Position numbers and translations under genes: made by a program
In this document: piece by piece, positions 51,169 through 64,000 of the stretch
How the letters are laid out: each line of letters begins with the position of its first letter
Position numbering within the stretch: the stretch's first letter is position 1
Notes under the pieces: model-generated
The model's database searches: none
The model's input: only the letters and a program-made list of their open reading frames with translations
What the model was told of the DNA's origin: nothing
Assembly (NCBI GenBank): GCA_030390025.1
Contig: CM059452.1
Span: 5,766,001 to 5,830,000, forward strand
Source of the DNA: Squalus acanthias
Lineage: Eukaryota
Direction: 5' to 3'
Length of the DNA: 64,000 nucleotides

Positions 51169-52262
51169 CAGTTTATCTAATGTACAGGTTACATTTTAGA
51201 TTAAAGCTCCCTCTGCGCACTCCAATCAATTTGGTTCGAGGCCTAGGAATAGGGCTGAGGGAACACTTTTGTAAGACGTTGACATCTTGTTTTGGGGTAA
51301 AGACAATGATCCATTCTTGAGAGGCAAGACAGAAGGTGGAAATAGGAGAGAGAGGCAGAGAGGGAGAGGATACAGGAAATCTCCACACACACATTTGTGA
51401 TGTCACTATGTGCGGTGACTTGTGGGAATCTTTCCCCATTCTGAACATGGATATCATCTTTACTTTATTCTCCTATAACTTAGAGAAATGTCCCAAAAAC
51501 AATTGTTGCTGGAATCCGTTGAGACATTTGCATTTCTCTCTTTATTTCTGTTCTGTGTTGGTGGGGAAACATTTATTGTGTTTCTGTCGCTCAATACTCT
51601 AATCTGGGACTTCTATTTCTGTGTTTATTTACATAAACGCCTCACTGGTTTCCATGAAGTGTTCATGGCAGCAAAACCAGATCAACAAAGTCACTTATTG
51701 ATTCGTTTCAACTCACAACAAGGGTTTATTTTAAGAATATTGACAGTTGGTACACAATGAACAGAAATATCTCGAAGAGTGACGTTGGCTTCAGTTTTGT
51801 TCAATTAAAACAGATGTGATTTATAACAGAGGAAAAAATATTAAAATTAATAATTCAGTTCTGAAAGTTCTGCTGCTGAAATCAATGGGACATCTGTGAA
51901 CAGGCTGGTGATCCACTGGATGTCCATTTAGTGGAAGCTTCAACCCATTAAAATGTTGTCATTTAGAAAAATCTTGCATTTATATAGCGCCTTTCACTGC
52001 CTCAGGACGTCCCAAAGCGCTTTACAGACAATGAAGAACTTTGGAAGTATAGTCACTGTTGTAAAGTAGGAAATGCTGCAGCCAATTTGCGCACAGCAAG
52101 ATCCCACAAATAGCAAGGAGATATTGACCAAAATATCTGTGTTTAGTGATTTTTGTTGAGTGTTAAATATTCAGCAACAAACCAGGGCGTACACCCCTGC
52201 TTTATAGAGTCCTAGATTCATACAGACATAACGGCACAGAAGGAGGCCATTCGGCACATCAA
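51169..52262 (-). repeat. Cassette copy 5 (octamer 51526-51533)
   Basis: Inverse homolog; its flanking satellite variants match those next to copy 2. Confidence 0.93.
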
Positions 52263-55200
52263 CTCCCTCGACACTCTCACATTCAACACTCCCAGGGCAG
52301 GTACAACACGGGTCAGATACAGAGTGATGCTCTCTCTGCACTGTCCCATCAAACACTCCCAGGGCAGGTACAGCACGGGTTAGATACAAAGTAGTGCTCC
52401 ATCTTTATTGTCCCATCAAACACTCCCAGGGCAGGTAAAGTACGGGTTAGATGCAGAGTAAAGCTAACTCGACACTCACCAAACAAGCACTGCCAGAGCA
52501 GGCAGATAGGGATTACATACAAAGTAATTCTCCCTCTACACTGTCCCATCAAACACTCCCAGGACAGGTATTGCACGGGTTAGATACCATGTAAATCTCC
52601 CTCTGCACTGACCCATCAAACACTCCCAGGGCAGGGACAGCACGGGTTAGATGCAGTGTAAAGCACCCTCTACACTGTCCCATCAAACAACCCCAGGGCA
52701 GGTACAGCATGGTTAAGATACAGAGCAAAGCTCCCTCAATACGGTCCCACCAAACACTCCCAGGGCAGGTACAGCATGGGTTAGATACAAAGTAATGCTC
52801 CCTCTACACTGTCCCATCAAATACTCCCAGGGCAAGTACAGCACGGGTTACATACAGAATAAAGCTCCCTCTACACTGTATCATCACACAATCGCAGTGC
52901 AGGGACAGCATGGGTTAGATACAGAGTAAAGCTTCCTCGACACTGTCCCAAATCACACACTCAGGGCAGGGACAGCTTGGGTTAGATAAAGTGTAAATCT
53001 CCCTCTACAATGCACCATCAAACACTCCCAAGGCAGGTATATAACAGGGGGTAGATACAGAATGAAGCTCAATCTACACTGTCCCATCACACAATCTCAG
53101 TGCAGGGACAGCACGGGTTAGCTACAGAGTAAAGGTCCTTTTACACTGTCCCAAATCACACACCCATGGCAGGGAAAACATGGTTAGATACAAAGTAAAG
53201 CTCCCTCTACACTGTCCCAACAAGGTCTTCCAGTGCAGGTACAGCATGGGTTAGATACAGAGTATAGGTCTCTCTACACTGTCCCATCAAACACTCCCAG
53301 GACAGGTACTGTACGGGTTAGATACAGAGTAAAGCTCCCGCTGCACTGTCCCATCCAACACTCCCAGTGCAGGTACAGAACGGGTTAGATAAAAAGTAAA
53401 GCTCCTTCTACATTTTCCCATCAAACACTCCTAGTACAGGTACGGAAAGGGATAGATGCACATTAACGCACCCTTTGTACTGTTCCATCAAACACTCCCA
53501 GAGGAGGTACTGCACGGTTTAGATGCAGAGTAAAGCTCATTCTACACTGTCCCAACAAACACTCCCGGGGCAGGTCCTGCACGGGTTAGAGACAGAGTAA
53601 ATCTGCCTCTACACTGTCCCATCAAATACTCCCAGGGCAGGGACAGCACGGGTTAGATGCAGTGTAAAGCACCCTCTACACTGTCCCATCAAACACTCCC
53701 AGGGCAGGGACAGCACGGGTTAGATGCAGTGTAAAGCACCCTCTACACTGTCCCATCAAACAACCCCAGGGCAGGTACAGCATGGTTAAGATACAGAGCA
53801 AAGCTCCCTCAACACGGTCCCACCAAACACTCCCAGGGCAGGTACAGCACGGGTTAGATACAGAGTAAAGCTCCCGCTACACTGTCCAATCCAACACTAC
53901 CAGTGCAGGTACAGAACGGAGTAGATACAAATTAAATCTCCCTCTAAACTGTCCCATCAAACACTCCGAGGGCAGGTACACCACAGGTCAGATACAGAGT
54001 AAAGCTCTCTCTACACTATCCCTTCAAACATTCCCAGCGCAGGCAGAGCACACGTTAGATAAAGAGTAAAGTTCCATCCACACTGTCCCATCAAACATTC
54101 CCAGAGCAGGCACAGCACGGGTTAGATACAGAGTGAAGCTCCCTCGACACTGTCCCAGCAAACACTCCCAGGGCACGCACAGCACGGGTTAGACACAGAA
54201 AAAAGCTCCCTCTACACTGGCCCATCAAACACTCCCAGGGCAGGGACAGCACGGGTTAGATGCAGTGTAAAGCACCCTATACACTGTCCCAGCAAAGTCT
54301 CCAAGTGCAGGTACAGCATGGGTAAGATACAGAGTAAAGCTCACTCTACACTCTCCAAACAAACACTTCCAGGGCAGGTTCATCACGATTTTGATACAGA
54401 ATAAAGCTCCCTCTACAATGCACCATCAAACACTCCCTAGGAAGGTATATAACAGGTTAGATACAGAATGAAGCTCAATCTACACTGTCCCATCACACAA
54501 TCTCAGTGCAGGGACAGCAAGGGTTAGCTACAGAGTAAAGTTCCTCTACACTGTCCCAAATCACACACCCATGGCAGGGAAAGCATGGTTAGATACAAAG
54601 TAAAGCTCCCTCTACACTGTCCCAACAAGGTCTTCCAGTGCAGGTACAGCTTGGGTTAGATACAGAGTATAGGTCTCTCTACACTGTCCCATCAAACACT
54701 CCGAGGGCAGGTACATCGCAGGTTAGATACAGAGTAAAGCTCCCTCTACACTATCCCTTCAAACATTCCCAGCGCAGGCAGAACACACGTTAGATAAAGA
54801 GTAAAGTTCCATCCACACTGTCCCATCAAACATTCCCAGAGCAGGCACAGCACGGGTTAGATACAGAGTGAAGCTCCCTCGACACTGTCCCAGCAAACAC
54901 TCCCAGGGCATGCACAGCACGGGTTAGACACAGAAAAAAGCTCCCGCTACACTGGCCCATCAAACACTCCTTGTGCAGGTACAAAAAGTGATAGATACAC
55001 ATTAACGCTCCCTCTATACTGTTCTATTCCAGATTCTCAGGGCAGGTACAGCACGGGTTAGATACAGAGTAACACTCCCTCTACACTGTCCCATCAAATG
55101 CTCCCAGAGAAGGTACAGCACGGGTTAGATACAGTGTAATGCTCCATCTAAACTGTTCCATCAAACATTCCCAGGGCAGGGACAGCACGGGTTAGATACA

Positions 55201-58200
55201 GAGTAAAGCTCCCTCTACACTGACCCATCAAACACTCCCAGGGCAATACAGCACGGGTTAGATACAGAGTAAAGCTCCTTCTACACTGTCCCGAATCACA
55301 CATCCAGGGCAGGGACATAACGGGTTAGATACAAATTAAATATCCCTCTACACTGTCCCATCAAACATTCACAGGGCAGGTACTGCACAGCTTAGATACA
55401 GAGTAAAGCTCCTTCTGCACTTTCCCTTCAAAGACTCCCAGGGCAGGTACAGCACGGGTTTAATATAGAATAAAGCTCCTTCTGCACTGTCCCATCAAAC
55501 ACTCCCAGGGCAGGTACAGCACGGGTCAGATACAAATTAAATCTCCCTCTGCACTGTCCCATCAAAGACTCCCATGGCAGGGACACCATGGGTTAGATAC
55601 AAAGTAAAGTGACCTCGACACTTTCCCATCAAACACTCCTTGGGCAGGTGCAGCACGGGTTAGATACAGAGTAAAGTTCTCTCTACTCTGTCCCAGCAAA
55701 GTCTCCTAGGGCAGGTACAGCAAGGGTTAGATACAAAGTAACGCTCTGTCTAAACTGTCCCATCAAACACTCCCAGGGCAGGGAAAGTACAGTTTAGATA
55801 CAGAGTAAAGCTCCTTCTACACTGTCGTACCAAACACTGCCAGGCCAGGTACAGCACAGTTTAGATGCAGAGGAAAGCTCCCTCTACACTGTCCCATCAA
55901 ACACTCCCAGGGCAGATACAGCACGGGTTAGATACAGAGTAAAGCTCACTCTAAACTGTCCCATCAAAAACTCCCAGGGCAAGTACAACACAGGTTAGAT
56001 ACAAAGTAAAGCTCCCTCTACACTGTCCCATCAAACACTCCCAGGGCAGGTACAGCACCGGTTAGCTACAGAGTAAAGCTCCCTCTACACTGTCCCATCA
56101 AACACTCCCAGGGCAGGTACAGCACCGGTTAGCTACAGAGTAAAGCTCCTTCGACACTGTCCCAAAATACACAACCAGGAGAAGTACAGCACGGGTGACA
56201 TACAGTTTAAATCTCCCTCTACACTGTCCCTAAAACACTCTCAGGCCAGGTATAGCACGGGTTAGATACCGAGTAACGCTCCCTCTACACTGTCCCGAAT
56301 CACACACCAAGAGCAGGGACAGCAAGGGTTAGATACAATGTAAATCTCCCTCTACACTGCCCAATCAAACTCTCCCAGGGCAGGTAAAGTACAGGTTAGA
56401 AACAGAGTAAAGCTCTGTCTACACAGTCCCATCAAACACTCCCTGGGCAGGTACAGCACGGTTTAGATACAGAGTAACGCTCCCTCTACACTGTCCCCTC
56501 AAACACTCCCAGGGCAGGTACAGCACGGTTTGATACAGAGTAAATCTCCCTCTACACTGTCCCATCAAACACTCCGAGGTCAGGGACAGCACGGGTTAGC
56601 TACAGAGTAAAGCTCCTTCTACACTGTCCCAAATCACACACCCGGGGCAGGGACTGCTTGGTTCAGATACAGTGTAAATCTCCCTCGAAGCTGCCCCATC
56701 CAACAATCCAAGGGCAGGTACAGTGCACGTTCGATAAAGATTAAATCTCCCTCTACACGATCTCATCAAATACTCACAGGCCAGATATTGCACGTTTTAG
56801 ATACAGAGTAACGCTCCCTCAACACCGTCCCATCAAACACTCACAGGGCAGCTACAGTCAAGGTTAGATGCAGAGTAAAGCTCCCTCTACAACTTCCCAT
56901 AAAACACTCCCAGGGCAGCTACAGCACGGGTTAGATACAAAGTAAAGCTCCCTCTAAACTGCCCCATCAAACACTCCCAGGGCAGGTACAGTGCAGGTTC
57001 GATACAGATTATAGCTCCCTCTACACTTTCCCATCAAACACTCCCAGGCCAGGAACTGCACGGTTTAGATTCAGAGTAAAGCTCCCTCTACACTGTCCCG
57101 AAACACACACACAGGGCAGGGACAGCATGTGTTAGCTAAAGTGTAAATCTCCCACTACACTGTCTCAGCAAAGTCTCCCAGTGCAGGTACAGCAACGGTT
57201 AGCTACAGAGTAAAGCTCATTCTACACTGTCCCAAATCACACACACAGGGTAGGGACAGCATGGGTTAGATACAGTATAAATCTCCATCTACACTGTCAA
57301 ATCAAACACACCCAGGACAGGTACAGCATGGGTTAGATACAGATTAAATCTTCCTCTGCACTGTCCCATAAAACACTCCCAGGCCAGGTACAGCACGGTT
57401 TAGATACCGTGTAACGCTCCCTCTACACTGTCCCATCAAACACTCCCAGGCAGGTACAGTGCAGGTTAGATACAGAGTAAAGCTCCCTCTACACATTCGC
57501 ATCAAACACTCCCAGGACAGGTATTGCACGGTTTAGATACAGAGTAACGCTCCCTCTGCACTCTCCCATCAAACTGTTCCAGGGCAGGGACAGCACGGGT
57601 TAGATACAAAGTAATGCTCCCTCTACACTATCCCATCAAACACTCCCAGAGCAGGTACAGCACGGGTTAGATACAAAGTAATGCTCCCTCTACACTGTCC
57701 CATCAAACACTCCCAGAGCAGGTACAGCACGGGTTAGATCCAGAGTAAATCTCCATCTACACTCTCCGTTCAAACACTCACAGGCCAGGTACAGCAAGTT
57801 TAGATACAGAATAAAGCTCCCTCTACACTGTCCCATCAAACACTCCCAGGGCAGGTACCGCACGGATAAGACACAAAGTAAAGCTCCCACTACACTGTCC
57901 CATCCAACACTCCGAGGCCAGGAACAGCACGTTTTAGATACAAAGTACCCTCTACACTGTCCCATCAAACACTCCCAGGGCAGGTACAACACCGGTTAGA
58001 TACAAAGTAAAGCTCCCTCTACACTGTCCCGTCAAGCACTCCCAGGGCAGGTACAGCACGGGACAGATACAAAGTAAAGCTCCCTCTAAACTGCCCCATC
58101 AAACACTCCCAGGGCAGGGACAGCACGGCTTAGCTTCAGAGTAATGCTCATTCTAAACTGTCCCATATCACATACCAAGGGCAGGGACAGCAGGGACATA

Positions 58201-59963
58201 CAGTGTAAATGTCCCTCTACGCTGTCCCAGCAAAGTCTCCAAGTGCAGGTACAGCACGGGTTAGATACAGAGTAAAGCTCCCTCTACACTGTCACATCAA
58301 AAACTCCCAGGCCAGGTAATGCACGGTTTAGATACAGAGTAATACTCCTTCTGCACTGTCCCATCAAACACTCCCAGGGCAGGTACAGCACGGGTTAGAG
58401 ACAAAGTAATGCTTCCTCTACACTATCCCATCCAACACTCCCAGAGCAGGTACAGCACGGGTTAGATACAAAGTAATGCTCCCTCTACACTGTCCCATCA
58501 AACACTCCCAGGCCAGGTACAGCAAGTTTAGATACAGAATAAAGCTCCCTCTACACTGTCCCATCAAACACTCCCAGGCCAGGTACAGCACGGTTTAGAT
58601 ATGGAATAAATTACCCTCTACGCTGTCCCATCAAACACTCCCAGGGCAGGTACCGCACAGGTAAGACACAAAGTAAAGCTCCCACTACACTGTCCCATCA
58701 AACACTCCGAGGCCAGGTACAGCACGGGTTAGATACAGAGTAAAGCTCCCTCTACACTGTCCCGTCAAGCACTCCCAAAGCAGATACAGCACCGGTTAGA
58801 TACAAAGTAAAGCTCCCTCGACACTGTCCCATCAAACACTCCCAGGGCAGGGACAGCACGGTTGAGCTACAGAGTAAAGCTCATTCTACACTGTCCGAAT
58901 TCACAAACACAGGGCAGGGACAGCATGCGTTAGATACAGTGTAAATCTCCCTCTGCACTGTCTCAGCAAGTCTCCCAGTGCAGGTACAGCAACGGTTAGC
59001 TACAGAGTAAAGCTCATTCTACACTGTCCGAAATCGCACACACAGGGGTTAGATACAGTTTAAATCTCCCTCTACACTCAATTCAAACACACCCAGGACA
59101 GGGACAGCACGGGTTAGATACAGATCAAATCTCCCTCTGCACTGTCCCATAAAAAACTCCCAGGCCAGGTACAGCACGGGTTAGATACAGAGTGAAGCTC
59201 CCTCTACACTGTCCCATCAAACACTCCCAGGCCACGTACAGCACGGTTTAGATACAAAGTAAATCTCCATCTAAACTGTCCCATCAAATACTCCCAGGGC
59301 AGGTACAGTGCAGGTTAGATACAGAGTAAAGCTCCCTCGACACTGTCCCATCAAAGACTCCCAGGCCACGTAAAGCATGGTTTAGATACAGTGTAAATCT
59401 CCCTCTAAACTGCCCCATCAAACACACCCAGGCAGGTACAGTGCAGGTTAGATACAGAGTAAAGCTCCCTCTACACTGTCACATCAAACACTCCTAGGCC
59501 AGGTATTGCACGGTTTAGATACAGATTAACGCTCCCGCTGCACTGTCCCATCAAACACTCCCAGGGCAGGGACAGCACGGGTTAGATACAAAGTAATGCT
59601 CCCTCTACACTCTCCGTTCAAACACTCCCAGGCCAGGTACAGCAAGTTTAGATACAAAATAAAGCTCCCTCTACACTGCCCCGTCAAGCACTCCCAGGGT
59701 AGGTACAGCACAGGTTAGATACAGAGTAAATCTCCCTCTACACTGCCCCATCAAACACTCCCAGGGCAGGTACAGCATGGGTTAGATACAGAGTAAAGCT
59801 CCCTCTACACTGTCCCCTCAAACACTCCCAGGGCAGGTACAGCACGGGTTAGATACAGAGTAAAGCTCCCTCTACACTGTCCCATCAAACACTCCCAGGG
59901 CAGGTACAGCACGGGTTAGATACAGAGTAAAGCTCCCTCTACACTGTCCCATCAATCATTCCC
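52263..59963 (-). repeat. 67-bp satellite array, inverted, more diverged
   Basis: About 115 monomers. Confidence 0.97.
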
Positions 59964-61142
59964 AGTTTATCTAATGTATAGGTCACATTTTATATTAAAG
60001 CTCCCTCTGCGCACTCCAATCAATTTGGTTCGAGGCCTATGAATAGGGCTGAGGGAAAACTTTTGTAAGACGTTGTGTCTTGTTTTGGGGTAAAGACAAT
60101 GATCCATTCTTGAGAGGCAAGACAGAAGGTGGAAATAGGAGAGAGAGGCAGAGAGGGAGAGGATACAGGAAATCTCCACACACACATTTGTGATGTCACT
60201 ATGTACGGTGACTTGTGGGAATCTTTCCCCATTCTGAACATGGATATCATCTTTACTTTATTCTCCTATAACTTAGAGAAATGTCTCAAAAACAATTGTT
60301 GCTGGAATCCGTTGAGACATTTGCATTTCTCTCTTTATTTCTGTTCTGTGTTGGTGGGGAAACATTTATTGTGTTTCTGTCGCTCAATACTCTAATCTGG
60401 GACTTCTATTTCTGTGTTTATTTACATAAACGCCTCACTGGTTTCCATGAAGTGTTCATGGCAGCAAAACCAGATCAACAAAGTCACTTATTGATTCGTT
60501 TCAACTCACAACAAGGGTTTATTTTAAGAATATTGACATTTCGTACAAAATGAACAGAAATATCTCGAACAGTGACGTTGGCTTCAGTTTTGTTCAATTA
60601 AAACAGATGTGATTTATAACAGAGGAAAAAATATTAAAATTAATAATTCAGTTCTGAAAGTTCTGCTGCCGAAATCAATGGGACATCTGTGAACAGGCTG
60701 GTGTTCCACTGGATGTCCATTTAGTGGAAGCTTCAACCCATTGAAACTAAACAAGTTAAAACAGTGAGCAGAGGAGTGTCCTACAATCGCAGTAATGTCG
60801 GAGCTTTTAACATATCGCAACTGGGATTTTAAAATGTTGACATTTAGAAAGAACTTGCATTTATATAGCGCCTTTCTCTGCCTCAGGATGTCCCAAAGTT
60901 CTTTACAGACAATGAGAACTTTGGAAGTATAGTCACTGTTGTAATGTAGGAAATGCTGCAGCCAATTTGCGCACAGCAAGCTCCCACAAACAGTAAGGAG
61001 ATATTGACCAAAATATCTGTGTTTAGTGATTTTTTTTGAGGGATAAATATTCAGCAACATACCAGGGTGAACTCCACTGCTGTTATAGAGTCATAGAGTC
61101 ATACAGACATAACGGCACAGAAAGAGGCCATTCGGCACATCA
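59964..61142 (-). repeat. Cassette copy 6 (long form like copy 1; octamer 60319-60326)
   Basis: Keeps the ~88-bp segment (60740-60830) but has the truncated-SINE/tail junction. Confidence 0.93.
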
Positions 61143-64000
61143 ACTCCCTCGACACTCTCCTATCCAACACGCCCAGGGCAGGTACAGCACGGATTAGATA
61201 CAGAGTAAATCTCCCTCTACACTGCCCCATCAAACACTCACAGGGCAGGTACAGTAAAGGTTAGATACAGATTATATCTCCCTCTACACTGCCCCATCAA
61301 ACACTCCCAGGGCAGGTACAGTAAAGGTTAGATACAGAGTAAAGCTCCCTCTACACTGTACCAAATCACACACTCCCAGGGCAGGTACAGCATGGGTTAG
61401 ATACAGTGTAAATCTCACACTACACTGCCCCATCAAACACTCCCATGGCAGGTGCAGTGCAGGTAAGATACAGATTAAATTTCCCCGTACACTGTCTAAT
61501 CAAACACTCGCAGGCCAGGTATAGCACGGTTTAGATACAGAGTAAAGTACCATCTACACTGTGACATCAAACACTCCCAGGGCGGGTTCAGCACGGGTAA
61601 GATGCAAAGTAAAGCTCCCTCTACATTGTCCCATCCAACACTCCCAAGCAGGTACAGCACGGATTAGATACAGAGTAAAGCTCCCTCTACACTGTTCCAT
61701 CAAACACTCCCAGGGCAGGTACAGCACGGATTGATACAGAGTAAAGCTTTGTTTACAATGTCCCATCAAACACACCCAGGACTGGTAAAGCATGGGGTTG
61801 ATACAGAATAAAGCTCCCTCTAAACCGTCGCATCATACAATCCCAGGTCAAGGATAGCAAGGGTTAGATACAGAGTAAACCTCCCTAAACGCTATCCCAC
61901 CAAACACTCCCAGGGCAGGTACAGCAAGGGCAGGATACAGAGTAAAGCTCCAACTATACTGTCCCATCTAAATCTCTTAGGGCAGGTACTGCATGAGTTA
62001 GATACAGAGTAAAGCTCCCTCTACACTGTCACATCAAACACTCTAAGGGCAGGAACAGCACAGGTTAGATACAGAATAAAGCTCCCTCTAAACTGTTGTG
62101 TCACACAATCCCAGGTCAGGGATAGCAAGGGTTAGATACAGAGTAAAGCTCACTCTACACTGTCCCATCAAACATTGACAGGGCAGGTACTGGACGGGAT
62201 AGATACAGAGCAAAGCTCCCTTTACACTGTCCCATCAAACACTCCCACGGCAGGTGCCGCACCGGTTAGATACAGAATAAAGCCCACTCTACACTGTCTC
62301 ATCAAACACTCCCATGGACGGTACTGCACGGGTTAGATACAGAGTAAAACTCCCTCTTCACTGTCCCACCAAACACTCCCAAGGCAGGTACAGCAAGGGC
62401 AGGATAAAGAGTAAAGCTCCAACTATACTGTCCTATCAAATTCTCTCAGGGCAGGTACTGCATGGGTTAGATACAGAGTAAAGCTCACTCTACACTGTCA
62501 CATTAAACACTCTCAAGGCAGGTACCACATGGGTTATATACAGAGTAAGGCTCCCTCTACACTGTCCCATCCAACACTCCCAGGGCAGGTACAGCACAGT
62601 TTAGATACATAGTAAATCTCCCACTACACTGTCCCATCAAACGCTCTCAGGGCAGGTACTGCATGGGTTATATACAGAATAAAGCTCCCTCTTCACTGTT
62701 CCATCACACATATTCAGGGCAGGGATAGCCTGGGTTAGATACAGAGTAAATTTCGCTCTACACTGGCCCATCAAACACGCCCAGGGCAGGTACACAACAG
62801 GTTAGATACAGAGTAAAGCTTCCTCTACACTGTCCCATCAAACACTCCCAGGGCAGGTACAGCACGGGTTAGATACAGAGTAAAGCTCCCTCTACACTGT
62901 CACATCAAACACTCCCAGGGCAGGTACAGCACGGATTGATACAGAGTCAAGCTTTCTTTACAATGTCCCATCAAACACACCCAGGACAGGTACAGCAAGG
63001 GTTAGACACAGAATAAAGCTCCCTCTAAATTGTCCCATTACACAATCCCAGGTCAGGGACAGCAAGGGTTAGATACAGAGTAAAGCTCTCTCTCTACTGT
63101 CCCATCAAACACTCCCAGGGCAGGTGCACTACACGTTAGATACAGAGTAAAGCTACCTCTACACTGTCCCATCAAACATTGACAGGGCAGTTACTGGACG
63201 GGATAGATACAGAGCAAAGCTCCCTCTACAATGTCCCATCAAACACTCCCACGGCAGGTACTGCACGGTTTAGATACAGAGTAAAGCTCCCTCTACACCG
63301 ACCCATCAAACACTCGCACGGCAAGTACAGCACGGGTTAGATACAGAGGAAAGCTTCCTTTACAATGTCCCATCAAACACACCGTGGGCTGTGACAGCAG
63401 GGGTTAGCTACAGAATATAGCTCCTTCTACACTTTCCCATCCCACATTCCAAGGTCAAGGACAGCAAGGTTTAGATACAGAGAAAAGCTCCCTCTACACT
63501 GTCCCATCAAACCCTCTCAGGGCAGGTACTGCATGGGTTATATACAGAGTAAAGCTCCCTCTTTACTGTTCCATCACACATACTCAGGGCACGGACAGCA
63601 TGGGTTAGATACATAATAAAGGTACCTCTACACTTTCCCATCAAACATTCCCAGGGCAGGTACAGCACGGGTTAGATACAGAGAAAAGCTTCCTCTACAC
63701 TGTCCCATCAAACACTCCAGGGCAGGTACTGCATGGGATATATACACAGTAATGCTCCCTCTACACTGTCCCATCAAACATTCCCAGGACAGGTACAGCA
63801 CGGGTTAGATACAGAGTAAAACTCCCTCTTCACTGTCCCACCAAACACTCCCAAGGCAGGTACAGCAAGGGCAGGATAAAGAGTAAAGCTCCAACTATAC
63901 TGTCCTATCAAATTCTCTCAGGGCAGGTACTGCATGGGTTAGATACAGAGTAAAGCTCACTCTACACTGTCACATTAAACACTCTCAAGGCAGGTACCAC
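61143..64000 (-). repeat. 67-bp satellite array, inverted, runs off the window
   Basis: About 42 monomers; some variants match those at 23630-23720. Confidence 0.97.

Noticed and set aside
37429-64000. CACTGTC in each monomer as a cryptic RSS array
   Set aside because: No nonamer-like sequence at 12 or 23 bp spacing (CCCAGGGCA and TACAGCACG).

Overview
Repeat-dense vertebrate genomic DNA, almost certainly a cartilaginous fish (shark-type), with no prokaryotic features. The only genuine gene is the 5' part of an unrearranged germline immunoglobulin heavy-chain cluster on the + strand: TATA-like box, split leader, an IgW-like VH exon with a 23-RSS, then two D segments (12-D1-22 and 12-D2-?). 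It is cut off by a 500-N scaffold gap (36929-37428); no J or C is visible. More than half the window is a 67-bp satellite with higher-order structure, punctuated six times by a ~1 kb cassette (Deu-type SINE + unique DNA with an Ig octamer, preceded in five copies by a CR1-type 3' tail). The 26.5 kb after the gap is an inverted paralogous or allelic copy of the satellite/cassette block left of the V gene. Also present: decayed CR1-clade LINEs, a ~4.6 kb direct duplication (offset ~24.5 kb) with a solo LTR in one copy only, 27-bp and 55-bp minisatellites, and three Penelope-like terminal fragments inside the satellite. Two of these carry a minimal hammerhead-ribozyme fold; the third forms a perfect 71-bp-arm palindrome with a 13-bp TSD. 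Most ORF-track entries are repeat artefacts. Family names come from motif recognition, not database searches; repeat boundaries are approximate.
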